A program made the position numbers and the translations under genes. Source: an uncultured cyanobacterium (GTDB lineage: Bacteria > Cyanobacteriota > Cyanobacteriia > Cyanobacteriales > CAWCAG01). Taken from it: DNA of 64,000 nt. Below are positions 26,704-37,464 of the stretch, piece after piece. Location: positions 960,001 to 1,024,000 of the forward strand of contig CAWCAG010000009.1 of assembly GCA_963793425.1 (NCBI GenBank). Direction: 5' to 3'. Within the stretch, counting starts at the first letter, position 1. Each line of letters begins with the position of its first letter. Below the pieces are notes generated by a model, which saw only the letters and a program-made list of their open reading frames with translations, searched no databases and was not told the DNA's origin.

Positions 26704-29574
26704 TCAAAAATCTTCTAAAGAAACTTCCGTTAAATCTGGGGGAATCACAACACGATCTAAAGTTGCCTTACGACTTTCACATTGGGTTTCTGTATCAATA
26801 GCGATCGCGTGTAACCTTACTTCCATGCTACCTTCTGGTACTACTACTTGAGCCAGGGTTTCTAAGTCTCCTGTCCGAGTTGTACCAAAGTCTACTAAGG
26901 CGCGGGGACTTTCGATTATGTAGCGAGTTTGGCGGTCTTGTATCCACAATTTAACGTAAATTGGCCCTGTATAAGCAGGTAGTTTGATGCGAACGATGGC
27001 GGGTCGGTTGGCGGTTAACTCTTCGTCTAAAATAGTTAAGACTGGTGTCGGGACAGGGGCTTCGGAATTGAGGGAAGTTTCTTTTTGAGTTTGAGTTAAT
27101 TCAGCCGGATAGGGCAATCCTGAAGTATCTAGTTGGGGAGGAGTTTCAAAAAGGCTTTCATCGTCATCAACAACGATTTCATAACTGTTTAAGTCTGCGG
27201 CGACATTAGTGGGGGAGTAGCGAGGTGCTGGTTTTCTTTCCGGAGTTGGTTTAGGTTGAGAAATTTTTTGATTGGGGACTAGAGGCAGATTGTCCCTAGT
27301 TTCATTTACATTTATTGTCTCTGATGCAGATTCAGAAGGTTGATTTTTGATTGCTAAGGAATTTAATCTTGATAAGAAGCGGTCTTGAAATTTCAAGCTT
27401 TTGAAAGCATCGGTACTAGGATCTATTTCTTTTCCTTCTTCTTCTTCTTTTCCTTCTTCTCCTTCTTTAGTTTCAGGAACAGAATTTGCATCTAAATCCT
27501 CATCTTTTGGTATTTCCTCAATTCGTTTGATTGAGGAAATCTCTTCTTCATTTAAAGATGATTCGACATGAATTTCAGGACTTTCTAGCTTTGGACGTTG
27601 AGAGTTATTTGAACCATTAACAAAGTTCAAAAAGTCTAGATTGATGCTAGAAGTTTCTTGAGGAGAAAATAAGGAAGGGGGATAAGAATTATTTGTTACC
27701 TCTTCTTCCTCCATTCCTTCTTCAACTTGAGAAAAAGAAACTGCTGTTAATAATTCTGACAAGTCAGCAGCAATACTAAAAGATTGAATACTAATAATTT
27801 CGTAGCTTTCGTTGCGGTTGTGCCATTCCGGTTGTTGTTCTAAAATTACTTCCCCTAAAATTAAGTGACTATCACACTCTAGGGGAATATCTAACGGATA
27901 GCTGAAAGCTAAAGGAATACGTTGTTCTTTTAAGGGTTGTTGTACCTCAAAGAGAATTTCTGAAGTTTGGGGATTACGCAATCTGTAGCGCAATGCCCCA
28001 TTAAATAAATTTTGCCCCTCCTCAGATTGTTCTTTTACGGGAATATCTAAGCGCCCAGAAACTACGACAGATTCCCCTTGGCGACGCACAAAGGCTTCCC
28101 TATCTAAGGTTAAGGTTAATTTCTCTTCTTCTTTCTCTGTTAGTATTTCTGAGGTAAATATCTCTTGTTCTTCAATTTGAGGATAAAAGTCAAATTCTTC
28201 TGAAGGGTTTTCTAAGTCTTGTAGCAGAGGTTCGACTACCTCTTTTAGCATTTCCTCTAAATTTTGTACAGATTGATCTAAAAGTTGGTTGGTTGGAGTG
28301 GAGGTGATATCTGTTTGAGAAACTGTTTCCTCTTCTCCATCGTAGGCAGCTAATTCTTTACGTTCAGAAGCCGCTATTTCTTCGGGAGTAAGTTTGTAGA
28401 TAGTTTCTTCTTGGGGAACCTCTGTTGCTTCTGTGTCTTCTTGCAAATAGATTTCAAAAGGATCTTCAATCTCTTCTGCGATCGCCTGATTTTCCTGAAT
28501 AGATTCCTCGTTTTGCGTTTCTAAAGCCGCAATTTCTTCTAAGGAAACTTGGGAATTTGCAGAGGTTGTTTCTTGATCTTTAATTTCAGCGGAAATGTTT
28601 TCTGGGTTAGTTTGGTTGAGGTTACTCTGCGCCTCAAATTCTGCTTCTACAGAGTTATTTATTTGCGTGATTAAGTCAGTATCTAAGCTTTCTTGATCTG
28701 CTTGATTGAAATAACTTTCTGGATTAAAGTCTTCCGCTTCAGAATGAGTTGTTTGTGTTGTTAAATTTGTCTCTATGGTTTCTGCTTGAGGAGTGGCAAG
28801 AGAATAAGTTTCAGCCTCAATCTCAACCTCTTCTTCAATCGGGTTTGTATCAGTATCTAAGCTTTCTTGATCTGCTTGATTGAAATAACTTTCTGGATTA
28901 AAGTCTTCTGCTTCAGAATGAGTTGTTTGTGTTGTTAAATTTGTCTCTACGGTTTCTGCTTGAGGAGTGGCAAGAGAATAAGTTTCAGCCTCAATCTCAA
29001 CCTCTTCTTCAATCGGGTTTGTATCAATATCTAGGGTTTCTTGATCCGCTTGATTGAAATAACTTTCTGGATTAAAGTCTTCTGCTTCAGAATGAGTTGT
29101 TTGTGCTATTAAATTCGTATCTACAGTTTCTTGCTGGGAAGTTATAGTAGATTGATTTTCTCTCTCAACCTCTTCTTCAACGAAAGCAGTATCAAGAAGA
29201 CTTATATTTACTTCTTCCTCTACCTTCTGAGGCAAAATTTGAAATCTAACGCTTTCTTGCCACGACTCGCCAAAGAAATCAGAAACAATATCTCCTGAAC
29301 AGGATAACTCCCACAAACCTGGTTTCATGGTTGTGAAAGGAATAACCACCATTAAACCTTCTTCATTCGTTTGTCGCGATCGCTTCTGGGAACGACGCTT
29401 CGGTGGTACTTCATCCATTGATTTGTAAGTAACTCGCACTTCCACATGACAATTAACATAGGAAGAATGGGCAACTACTCGATATTTGCCTTCTTCTAGT
29501 TGCACTTTGGCATTTTTAATTGGAATCCAGCGGCGGTTACCTTCTTGTTGGAGGAGAAATTCCCAGTATTCCAT
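26704..29574 (-). CDS. Large acidic conserved cyanobacterial hypothetical protein
   Basis: Conserved-looking N-terminus (MEYWEFLLQQEG..GLMVVIPFT) and C-terminus (YVKLWIQDRQTR..ESRKA), with a disordered acidic middle. Confidence 0.8.
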   Translation of the reverse strand: MEYWEFLLQQEGNRRWIPIKNAKVQLEEGKYRVVAHSSYVNCHVEVRVTYKSMDEVPPKRRSQKRSRQTNEEGLMVVIPFTTMKPGLWELSCSGDIVSDFFGESWQESVRFQILPQKVEEEVNISLLDTAFVEEEVERENQSTITSQQETVDTNLIAQTTHSEAEDFNPESYFNQADQETLDIDTNPIEEEVEIEAETYSLATPQAETVETNLTTQTTHSEAEDFNPESYFNQADQESLDTDTNPIEEEVEIEAETYSLATPQAETIETNLTTQTTHSEAEDFNPESYFNQADQESLDTDLITQINNSVEAEFEAQSNLNQTNPENISAEIKDQETTSANSQVSLEEIAALETQNEESIQENQAIAEEIEDPFEIYLQEDTEATEVPQEETIYKLTPEEIAASERKELAAYDGEEETVSQTDITSTPTNQLLDQSVQNLEEMLKEVVEPLLQDLENPSEEFDFYPQIEEQEIFTSEILTEKEEEKLTLTLDREAFVRRQGESVVVSGRLDIPVKEQSEEGQNLFNGALRYRLRNPQTSEILFEVQQPLKEQRIPLAFSYPLDIPLECDSHLILGEVILEQQPEWHNRNESYEIISIQSFSIAADLSELLTAVSFSQVEEGMEEEEVTNNSYPPSLFSPQETSSINLDFLNFVNGSNNSQRPKLESPEIHVESSLNEEEISSIKRIEEIPKDEDLDANSVPETKEGEEGKEEEEGKEIDPSTDAFKSLKFQDRFLSRLNSLAIKNQPSESASETINVNETRDNLPLVPNQKISQPKPTPERKPAPRYSPTNVAADLNSYEIVVDDDESLFETPPQLDTSGLPYPAELTQTQKETSLNSEAPVPTPVLTILDEELTANRPAIVRIKLPAYTGPIYVKLWIQDRQTRYIIESPRALVDFGTTRTGDLETLAQVVVPEGSMEVRLHAIAIDTETQCESRKATLDRVVIPPDLTEVSLEDF
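28677..29125 (-). repeat. 174-bp (58-aa) intragenic tandem repeat, about 2.6 copies
   Basis: Near-identical units with ATCTA anchors at 28681, 28855 and 29029. Confidence 0.9.
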
Positions 29575-29740
29575 CTTTATTTCAGCGGTCAGTGGTCAAT
29601 GCAAAAGAGTTAGATACTCATCGCTTAAAAATAGCAATGAAACGCAAAAACTACAAGTTTGATCATTGCTAATGGCTAGTCGCTAGTGGCTAGCTGCTAA
29701 TGGCTAATTATTCTATCCCCCCATCTCCCTACTCCCCGAT

Positions 29741-30937
29741 TTAGTTCAATTTAAACTCGATTTCGCTTTTGGTAAAAGGTAAATCTTGGTTAATCGCTTC
29801 TATTTCTGCTTGTTCAGCTTCGTTAATTTCCTGAATATAGGAACTAAGAATTTTGCCCATACGCTTGTTGTAAAAGCGATGCAAGCTGTGGTTGGGGGTG
29901 GCGGGGAAACCTCTTCGTTTTTTGTGGCTGCCTCCTGCCCCAGGATCAAACATCTTGATGTTATTAGCGATCGCCCACTCAATGGGTTTATAGTAACAAG
30001 CTTCAAAATGGAGGCAATTATATTCTTCTAAACAGCCCCAGTAGCGCCCATAAAGCTGTTCCCCTTTTCTCAAGCAAAAAGACATACCCACAGGGTTGCT
30101 TTCTTCTGCTCCTTCTGGATAAGCGGCTACCAACAAGACGCGATCACGATAGTTAGGATCAAGTTGGCTAAAAAATTGCCGAGTTAGATACTTACTTCCC
30201 CAATAAAATTTGTTGCAGGTGCTGCTATAAAAGCGATAAATGAGGGGAAAAAGGGCTTCAGGTATTTCCTGCCCACTAAAGGTTTTTACCTCTAATCCTG
30301 CCTTAGCAACGGCTTTGCGTTCCCTTTTTATGTTACGCCGTTGATTGGTGTTGAACATTTTTAAGTAATCATCAAAGCTAGCAAAGCCCTGATTTTGCCA
30401 AATATAGCTGTGATGTCGCCAGGAATTGAAGCCCTGATTTTCCATAACAGTTTGCCATTGAGGATCAACAAAGAGAAAATTACAACCAGAAATATCATTA
30501 CGCCGACAAAAACGGTCGATTTCCTGTACCATCATCTCTGTTATTTCCTCCTCATCTATCCCTGGTGCGATTAAGAAGCGATAACCTTCTGCTGGGGTAA
30601 AAGGAACCATACCCAACATTTTGGGGTAATAGGGAGTCCCTAAACGGTGGGATAAATCAGCCCATTGTTGATCAAAAACAAATTCACCATAACTATGGCC
30701 CTTAAGATAAAGAGGTGCAGCCGCAACCAATTGATGATCTTGCCATACCGTTAAATGGCAGGGCTGCCAACCTGTTTTGGGGGTGGCGCTACCAGAAGTT
30801 TCTAGGTTATTCAGCCATTCCCACTCCAAAAAGGGAGTTTTCAGTGGTATAGCTAAAGCATCCCACTCAGTTTGGGGAATTTCAGCCATTTCTTGTATCC
30901 AAGTAACAGAGTAGCCAGGTTTAGCTTTTTGGAACAT
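29741..30937 (-). CDS. FemAB-like GNAT protein (DUF482 type)
   Basis: HSYGEFVFDQQWA, VPFTP, LYGRYWG, LHFEACYY and GAGGSHK.RRGF motifs. Confidence 0.85.
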   Translation of the reverse strand: MFQKAKPGYSVTWIQEMAEIPQTEWDALAIPLKTPFLEWEWLNNLETSGSATPKTGWQPCHLTVWQDHQLVAAAPLYLKGHSYGEFVFDQQWADLSHRLGTPYYPKMLGMVPFTPAEGYRFLIAPGIDEEEITEMMVQEIDRFCRRNDISGCNFLFVDPQWQTVMENQGFNSWRHHSYIWQNQGFASFDDYLKMFNTNQRRNIKRERKAVAKAGLEVKTFSGQEIPEALFPLIYRFYSSTCNKFYWGSKYLTRQFFSQLDPNYRDRVLLVAAYPEGAEESNPVGMSFCLRKGEQLYGRYWGCLEEYNCLHFEACYYKPIEWAIANNIKMFDPGAGGSHKKRRGFPATPNHSLHRFYNKRMGKILSSYIQEINEAEQAEIEAINQDLPFTKSEIEFKLN

Positions 30938-31266
30938 TGAGTAATGGGGGAAAGTGAGATTAATAAGTTGGGGAAGTTACTTAAGTCAAGGCAAGGCTAC
31001 CCAAGGAGCCGAGCAACAGAAAAACCCAATTATCATTTTAGGGTAATGCAATCTTTGTGAACTTGGCAGGAAATTGTGAGGGGGAATATTTTCCGTAAGG
31101 TCTTGTTAACGAACTCAAATCCCTCTGCTTCATGTGTTATCTTAATTCAATATGTCAGATGGGTGATTTGTCATTGAGCTGCGTAAAGGCAAATTTTAAG
31201 TAGTTTCCTTTCAGTATTTTTCTTCTAGGAACGATTTAGCTTTAAACCTTGAGTACGGCTGGTACT

Positions 31267-33144
31267 ATGACTAAACTAGGTCAATCTTCCTTCCGCCGCA
31301 TTCTCCTCTCGCGCTTACTGTTAGTAAGTGTACCAATTTTATTAATTGGAGTTTATTTTACCTATCGCAAAGCTCGTTCGGCTATTCTTTATACAGCCCG
31401 CCAGAATATTACAGAAAGTGCGATCGCTAAAGGTAAAAGTATTGATAAGTCGGTTAATATTCTCCGGGCTGAATTAATAATTGCTTCTGGTAATGAAGTC
31501 TTGCAAAATGATTCTGGAGCGGATATACAGAATTTCATCAAACAGCTAGAGCGAGACTTATTTACTAACATTCAATGTATTCAAGTTATTGATGCTACAA
31601 AAAGAACAACTGCCGCAAGTACTTGTGGTCAAAAAGTTTTGGCAGATTTCACTAATCATGCTTGGGCAGGAAAAACCTCTTCACCGGTTTATATCAAGTC
31701 TGTGGTTAACTCTTCTCCCCCAGTTATTAACGAAAATCCGGACTTTTCCATTCGTATCAGCCAGCTAGAATTGTTATTTTGTGTACCGGTTTATAATAAT
31801 CAAAATCAATTAAAGCAAATTTTAGTAGTAAAGTCAGCCCTATTACAACAAGAGCAAGTTAAACCAGGACTATTAACAGGAAATCCTGGAGTTATTAATC
31901 AACAAGGAATTATTTTAGCCTATCCTTATCCTGAAGTGATCGGTCAAAACATCAATCAACAAAAAGATGCTCCGAATTGGAAAAAATTAGTTGCCAATGC
32001 TCTTAATCAACAATCTGGTTTTTCTCTTCTGTTTTCTCCTCAAAAACCCAGTTTAGAACTATTATCTGGATATACAGCCATTGCTAGTCCGGTGACTGAA
32101 GAAAAAGGACAAAAGTGGATTGTTTTAGACGTTACTCCCGTAGAAGAAGCCCTTGCCGGACTAAAAGATGTACGCCTTGTTCTTTTAATTATGACCTGTA
32201 CCTTAATTGCTGGGGTTGTGGTCGCCACTTTGTATATTTCCCGTGACCTTGCCAAACCTTTAGAAAAGCTTAGCGACACAACCTTTCATAAAGATAATTG
32301 GCAAGGAGAAAACCTGGTCATTTCTGATTTTAAAATTAAAGAATACAATCAGTTAGCAGCCATCCTTAATGAGAGAGAAATCAAGTTAAAAACTTGGGGG
32401 CAAGAGTTGGAAATTGCTTGGAAAAATGCTGAAGCTGCTGACAGAATCAAAAATGAGTTTCTGATGACTATTTCCCATGAATTAAGAACACCTCTGAATG
32501 GTATTATCGGTTCTTTAAATTTGATAATGGAAGGTTTTTGTGATGATCACGAAGAAGAAACAGAGTTTCTACAAGAAGCTAATAGTTCAGCAGTACGTTT
32601 ATTAAGTATTATCAGTAATATTTTAGAAATTGCTAGTATGGAAAAAGGTGAACTAACTGTAGATTTAGCCAAAGTTAGCTTAAATAGTATTCTAAATAGA
32701 GTAATAGTTGAGCATTTACCAAAAATCAATCATAAGGGAATTAAAATTAATTATCCTCAACTTAAAGAAGAGCTTTCTATTCAAGCTGATCCAATTAAAC
32801 TAAAAAAAGTATTTGATCATATCATTGATAATGCCATTAAATTCACTTCTAGGGGTAGTATAGCTATTAGGGTCTTAAGTGATTTTGTTGACGATCAATC
32901 TAAGCATAAAGTAATTGTTACTATCAAAGACACAGGAATTGGTATTGATATTGATAGCCAGAGCAAGCTTTTTCAACCTTTTATAATGGTAGATGGCACT
33001 ACTACTCGCCAATATGGTGGCGTAGGGCTTGGTTTAGCTATTTCCCGTAATTTAGTAGAATCAATGGGGGGGGAAATTCAAATTTCTAGTTCTGGTAGAG
33101 GTAAAGGAGTAACTGTAGAAATTCATCTTCCCTTGGCAACATAA
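31267..33144 (+). CDS. Membrane sensor histidine kinase (Cache-like sensor, HisKA, HATPase)
   Basis: Two TM segments, SHELRTPLNGI, NAIKFT, DTGIG and GVGLGLAIS. Confidence 0.92.
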   Translation: MTKLGQSSFRRILLSRLLLVSVPILLIGVYFTYRKARSAILYTARQNITESAIAKGKSIDKSVNILRAELIIASGNEVLQNDSGADIQNFIKQLERDLFTNIQCIQVIDATKRTTAASTCGQKVLADFTNHAWAGKTSSPVYIKSVVNSSPPVINENPDFSIRISQLELLFCVPVYNNQNQLKQILVVKSALLQQEQVKPGLLTGNPGVINQQGIILAYPYPEVIGQNINQQKDAPNWKKLVANALNQQSGFSLLFSPQKPSLELLSGYTAIASPVTEEKGQKWIVLDVTPVEEALAGLKDVRLVLLIMTCTLIAGVVVATLYISRDLAKPLEKLSDTTFHKDNWQGENLVISDFKIKEYNQLAAILNEREIKLKTWGQELEIAWKNAEAADRIKNEFLMTISHELRTPLNGIIGSLNLIMEGFCDDHEEETEFLQEANSSAVRLLSIISNILEIASMEKGELTVDLAKVSLNSILNRVIVEHLPKINHKGIKINYPQLKEELSIQADPIKLKKVFDHIIDNAIKFTSRGSIAIRVLSDFVDDQSKHKVIVTIKDTGIGIDIDSQSKLFQPFIMVDGTTTRQYGGVGLGLAISRNLVESMGGEIQISSSGRGKGVTVEIHLPLAT

Positions 33145-33172
33145 TTGAATTCATCTCAAAATAGATTAATCT

Positions 33173-33673
33173 ATGTTAACCAAACATACTTTACATTTAA
33201 AACCTAATCGGGCTTTAACTTTACGAAACATTGAATCAGAAGATGAAGCTTTTCTTTACCAAGTTTATGCTAGTACTCGCCAAGAAGAACTAGCCCTAGT
33301 AGATTGGGATGATTCTCAAAAAGAATCTTTTTTGAAAATGCAGTTCAACGCTCAACATAAGTATTATCAAGAAAATTATTCTCAAGCACAATTTCTAATT
33401 GTTTTGTTAGACGAAAAAGCTATCGGTCGCCTTTATATTAATTATCACAAAGATGAAATTCGCCTCATGGATATTGCCTTATTACCTTCTTTTCGCAATC
33501 AAGGAATCGGTACTATTTTCCTAAAGAAAATAATTACAGAAGGACAGCAACTTGGTTTACCGATACGCCTTCATGTTGAAGCTTATAACCGAGCCTTACA
33601 ACTTTACCAGCACCTTGGATTTCAATCTTTAGGAGAAAAGGGAGTTTATTATTTAATGGAACGACTTCCTTAA
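33173..33673 (+). CDS. GNAT N-acetyltransferase
   Basis: DIALLPSFRNQGIGT and NRALQLYQHLGF motifs. Confidence 0.88.
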   Translation: MLTKHTLHLKPNRALTLRNIESEDEAFLYQVYASTRQEELALVDWDDSQKESFLKMQFNAQHKYYQENYSQAQFLIVLLDEKAIGRLYINYHKDEIRLMDIALLPSFRNQGIGTIFLKKIITEGQQLGLPIRLHVEAYNRALQLYQHLGFQSLGEKGVYYLMERLP

Positions 33674-33703
33674 TATTTAATATTTAATGACAAATGATAA
33701 AAC

Positions 33704-34921
33704 ATGGATATTTTTGAAAGCCTAAAAATGGCTAGTACTACCTTAGTAGCCAACAAATTGCGTAGTAGCTTAACAATGCTGGGAATTATCATTGGTAATG
33801 CTTCAGTAATCTCTATGGTTGGCATCGGTCAAGGAGCGCAGAAACTAGCTTCAGAACAGTTTGAATCTCTTGGTCCCAACGTTTTATTTATTGTTCCTGG
33901 CTCTAGAGAAGCGCGCCAAACCACCTTTGATTTGCCCAAAACTTTAGTATTAGAAGATGCTGAAGCTATTGCTTCTCAAGCCAGAGCTATTGATGAAGTT
34001 TCGCCCCAAATTAATGCTAGAGCGGTAGCAACTTACCAGGCTAATAATAAAGATACTCTAGTTTTAGGAGTAACTCCGGAATTTTTAACAGTGAGGAGTT
34101 TCGAGGTTGCTCAAGGTAGATTTATTAGTGATTTAGATGTCACTGGAAATAAACGGGTTGTGGTGTTGGGTACAGAAATAGCTGAAAGATTTTTTGGCAG
34201 AGAAAACCCTTTGGGAAAACAGTTAAGAGTTAAAAATATTAGTTTAGAAATTATTGGAGTAATGAAAGCTAAAGGCTCTTTTTTTGGTACTAATCAAGAT
34301 GACAGCGTGTTTATTCCTCTAACCACAGTAGCTAACCAAATTGTCGGTAAAACTTCTCCCTATGGTACAGAAGTTAGTGTGATTTCTATTGCTGCCCGTA
34401 ACGAAGAAAGTATTAGTGCTGCCAAATTTCAAATCACCAACTTGTTACGCCAACGCCATAAAATTACTGGAGAAGATGATTTTGGTATTCAAACCCAAAA
34501 AGATATTTTACAAATTGCTGGCACAATTACCGGAGCCTTAACTTTATTATTAGCTGCGATCGCCGGAATTTCTTTATTAGTTGGGGGCATTGGTGTAATG
34601 AATATTATGCTCGTTTCTGTAACTGAACGTACCCAAGAAATTGGTTTACGCAAAGCCCTTGGCGCACAGCAAAAAGACATTTTAATTCAATTTTTGATTG
34701 AAGCAGTAATTCTCTCTGCTGCTGGAGGAGTAATTGGTACTTTAATCGGTGTTGGTGGTGTCGTTTTGATTGGTGCGGTTACTCCTTTGCAAGCAGGCAT
34801 TTCTCCAGTCGCCATAACCATGGCAGTAGGAGTTTCAGGAGGCATTGGCTTATTTTTCGGTGTTGTCCCTGCACAGCAAGCAGCAAAACTTGATCCCATT
34901 GTTGCTTTGAGGAGTGCTTGA
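33704..34921 (+). CDS. MacB/FtsX-type ABC transporter permease
   Basis: NKLRSSLTMLGIIIG and GGIGVMNIMLVSVTERTQEIGLRKALGA motifs. Confidence 0.92.
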   Translation: MDIFESLKMASTTLVANKLRSSLTMLGIIIGNASVISMVGIGQGAQKLASEQFESLGPNVLFIVPGSREARQTTFDLPKTLVLEDAEAIASQARAIDEVSPQINARAVATYQANNKDTLVLGVTPEFLTVRSFEVAQGRFISDLDVTGNKRVVVLGTEIAERFFGRENPLGKQLRVKNISLEIIGVMKAKGSFFGTNQDDSVFIPLTTVANQIVGKTSPYGTEVSVISIAARNEESISAAKFQITNLLRQRHKITGEDDFGIQTQKDILQIAGTITGALTLLLAAIAGISLLVGGIGVMNIMLVSVTERTQEIGLRKALGAQQKDILIQFLIEAVILSAAGGVIGTLIGVGGVVLIGAVTPLQAGISPVAITMAVGVSGGIGLFFGVVPAQQAAKLDPIVALRSA

Positions 34922-35010
34922 GTTTATAAGTGGATGCTTGCTATAAATTGCTTATTTCAACGGGGCAAATATAAAGAAAATATAAAGATAATTAAAAAAT
35001 CGCAATTTTT

Positions 35011-35041
35011 GTATCCAATGTTACAGAAAAATGAGTATACT
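35011..35041 (+). promoter_or_regulatory. NtcA site in repressing position over the gifA promoter
   Basis: tGTA-TCCAATGT-TACa at 35011-35024, 11 nt upstream of a TATACT -10 element at 35036-35041. Confidence 0.8.
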
Positions 35042-35102
35042 TTAAAAGCGAGAGCAAGACGGCTCTTCACTACTAAGTTAAGCAATCACAAGGATTTGTT
35101 CT

Positions 35103-35303
35103 ATGTCTACCCAAAAACAAGCTCGCGCCATCATTATTCGTCACAACCAACTGATTAGGAATCGCCAGCAATCTCTCTTAGGGCGTGCTGCTGCGGACAT
35201 CGGTATGGATGTTGATAGCGCTCACTACAATGATCACATCCAAGGCAAAATCCGTCCTAGCTCCAGGGATAGTTATGCTCGTAGTAATGTATCTTTAAGT
35301 TAA
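35103..35303 (+). CDS. gifA: Glutamine synthetase inactivating factor IF7
   Basis: MSTQKQARA..RH.Q.I.NRQQS.L.RAAA.IG...QGK...Y.RSN.SLS matches IF7. An NtcA box lies upstream. Confidence 0.9.
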   Translation: MSTQKQARAIIIRHNQLIRNRQQSLLGRAAADIGMDVDSAHYNDHIQGKIRPSSRDSYARSNVSLS

Positions 35304-35368
35304 CAGTTGAAGCAGATTATAGAGTTGGTGAAACTTGATTAAACAGTTAAATAGTTAGTGAAATCCTT

Positions 35369-35402
35369 GTAGGGTGCTTTTTTCATCTCGAAAAGCACCC
35401 TA
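35369..35402. terminator. Stem-loop after gifA (GTAG-type palindrome, possible terminator)
   Basis: 12-bp arms TAGGGTGCTTTT / AAAAGCACCCTA. Confidence 0.55.
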
Positions 35403-35443
35403 ATTAATGTTTTTAAACTTATTACTTCTCACTTATTACCTAA

Positions 35444-36772
35444 ATGCCCACTTCCCGCCAACTAGCCTTAACTGCCCTAGGAGATATTGAACGCGGAGGG
35501 GCTTATACTGATATTGCCTTAGATAGAGTATTAAGTGCAACAGAACTAAGCAGTGCTGACCGCAGACTAGTTACGGAGTTGGTTTATGGTATAGTTCGCA
35601 GAAGACGAACTCTTGATGCAATTATTGACCAACTAGGCAAGAAAAAAGCAGAGCAACAACCCCCCAAATTACGCCTCATTCTACATTTAGGGTTGTATCA
35701 GCTACGCTACCTTGATCATATTCCTGAGTCTGCTGCGGTTAATACAAGTGTAGAACTTGCCAAAGAAAATGGCTTGAAAAAACTAACTGGGGTGGTTAAT
35801 GGTGTATTGCGTCAATATATACGTTTAGCAGCCCAAACAGCCGATCCTTTACAATTACCAAAAGATCCTCTCAAACGTTTAGGAATCTTACATAGCTTTC
35901 CAGATTGGATAGTGCAGCTATGGCGATTTCAGCTTAGCTTAGCAGAAACAGAGGAATTGTGTATTTGGTTTAACCAGCCCCCGACCATTGATTTACGAGT
36001 TAATATCCTACGAACATCTATAGAAGAGGTGGAGTTAGCTTTAAAAGCAAATAATCTGGCTATTACTCGTTTAGCTAGTTTACCCCAAGCTTTGAGGATA
36101 ACCGGGGGGACAGGTTCAGTGCAGAAACTGTCTGGCTTTAAGGAAGGTTGGTGGACAGTGCAAGATAGTAGCGCTCAACTAGTATCCCATATCCTCGCTC
36201 CTCAACCAGGAGAAACTATCATTGATGCCTGTGCTGCACCAGGGGGAAAAACCACTCATATTGCTGAATTAATGGCAGATCAAGGTAAGATTTGGGCTTG
36301 CGATCGCGCTGTTAAACGCTTGAAAAAAGTAACAGAAAATACTCAACGCCTAAGACTAAATTCAATTTCCCTTTGCCCTGGAGATAGTCGTAGTTTTGAG
36401 CAATTTGAGCAAGTTGCCGACAGGGTTTTAGTTGATGCCCCTTGTTCAGGATTAGGAACACTCCACCGTCGCCCTGATCTGCGTTGGCGACAAACTCCTC
36501 AAAAAGTTCAAGACTTAACTCTACTACAAGGGCAAATTCTTGAGGGAGCAGCAAAATGGGTTAAGCCAGGGGGTATTCTAGTTTATGCTACTTGTACGTT
36601 GAATAGTTCAGAAAATGAGGCCGTCATCGACTCTTTTTTATCCTCTCATCCTAATTGGGAAATTGAGCCACCAGCCAATAATTTTCTAGCTACTCCTAGA
36701 GGTTGGCTTAAAATCTGGCCCCATCGCCAGGAACAAGACGGCTTTTTTATGGTTAAGTTAAGACAAGGATGA
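35444..36772 (+). CDS. rsmB: 16S rRNA m5C967 methyltransferase RsmB/Sun
   Basis: NusB-like N-terminus, VQDSSAQ, DACAAPGGKT, DAPCSGLG and YATCT. Confidence 0.93.
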   Translation: MPTSRQLALTALGDIERGGAYTDIALDRVLSATELSSADRRLVTELVYGIVRRRRTLDAIIDQLGKKKAEQQPPKLRLILHLGLYQLRYLDHIPESAAVNTSVELAKENGLKKLTGVVNGVLRQYIRLAAQTADPLQLPKDPLKRLGILHSFPDWIVQLWRFQLSLAETEELCIWFNQPPTIDLRVNILRTSIEEVELALKANNLAITRLASLPQALRITGGTGSVQKLSGFKEGWWTVQDSSAQLVSHILAPQPGETIIDACAAPGGKTTHIAELMADQGKIWACDRAVKRLKKVTENTQRLRLNSISLCPGDSRSFEQFEQVADRVLVDAPCSGLGTLHRRPDLRWRQTPQKVQDLTLLQGQILEGAAKWVKPGGILVYATCTLNSSENEAVIDSFLSSHPNWEIEPPANNFLATPRGWLKIWPHRQEQDGFFMVKLRQG

Positions 36773-37200
36773 TCAAAATGAGCAAAAATGCTAAAACTAA
36801 ACAACTGTTAAAAATCCTGATTGGTGCGGCTTGGATAGACGGCACAATTCAAGCAGAGGAAAGAGAATATTTACACCAGATGGCAACAGAAAAGGGAGTT
36901 GCTGAAGATCCTCAAATTAAACCTTTACTTTCAGAAATCAAACAAGTTAAACCCTCTGAATGCTATAGCTGGCTAAAAGAATATTTAGGGAATAATCCTA
37001 CTGAAGAAGACTATCAACAGCTTTTTGAGTCCTTAAGCGCCTTAATTTATAGTGACGGGGATGTAGATACCGAAGAAGCGAAACTACTAAATCGTTTGCA
37101 ATTACTCGAAGCAGAAAACAAATCTCCTAAATCTGGCGTTGATAAGTTTCTTCGTGCTGTACAAAAGCTTTATCGTAAAGCGGTTGTCAATGACCAATGA
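36769..37200 (+). CDS. TerB-family protein
   Basis: AAWIDG.IQAEERE and LIYSDGDVDTEEA motifs. Confidence 0.8.
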   Translation: MIKMSKNAKTKQLLKILIGAAWIDGTIQAEEREYLHQMATEKGVAEDPQIKPLLSEIKQVKPSECYSWLKEYLGNNPTEEDYQQLFESLSALIYSDGDVDTEEAKLLNRLQLLEAENKSPKSGVDKFLRAVQKLYRKAVVNDQ

Positions 37201-37464
37201 TCAGAATTGCTATAGCAATGATGTTTACTATAACGGCAAGTTGTATAGTTGTTAGTGATCAATCTTTAATAGCAACAAAATACTTAAAAAAAACGTCATT
37301 GTATTTACGCAGACAGAAACTTGTTGTTTATAAATATCGTCAAATATAGGCTTTAATTCGCTTAATTTGGCATAATAGTAGTTTTGGCTATTATTAGGAA
37401 CTTAAGACTACATCTAATGTCTAATTACTTAACTAAATAACATATAACTAGGAGAACGCACTCA

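Noticed and set aside
30960..31248. Possible sRNA or riboswitch between the divergent GNAT and kinase genes
   Set aside because: No recognisable RNA family motif or convincing stem set was seen by eye.
34934..35158. 74-aa ORF overlapping gifA
   Set aside because: It runs through the gifA promoter and NtcA box and has no recognisable motif, so it is probably spurious.
37203..37219. AGAATTGCTATAGCAAT palindrome matching the IS630 TIR
   Set aside because: The match is only 10-12 bp with no partner end or transposase remnant, so it cannot be distinguished from chance.
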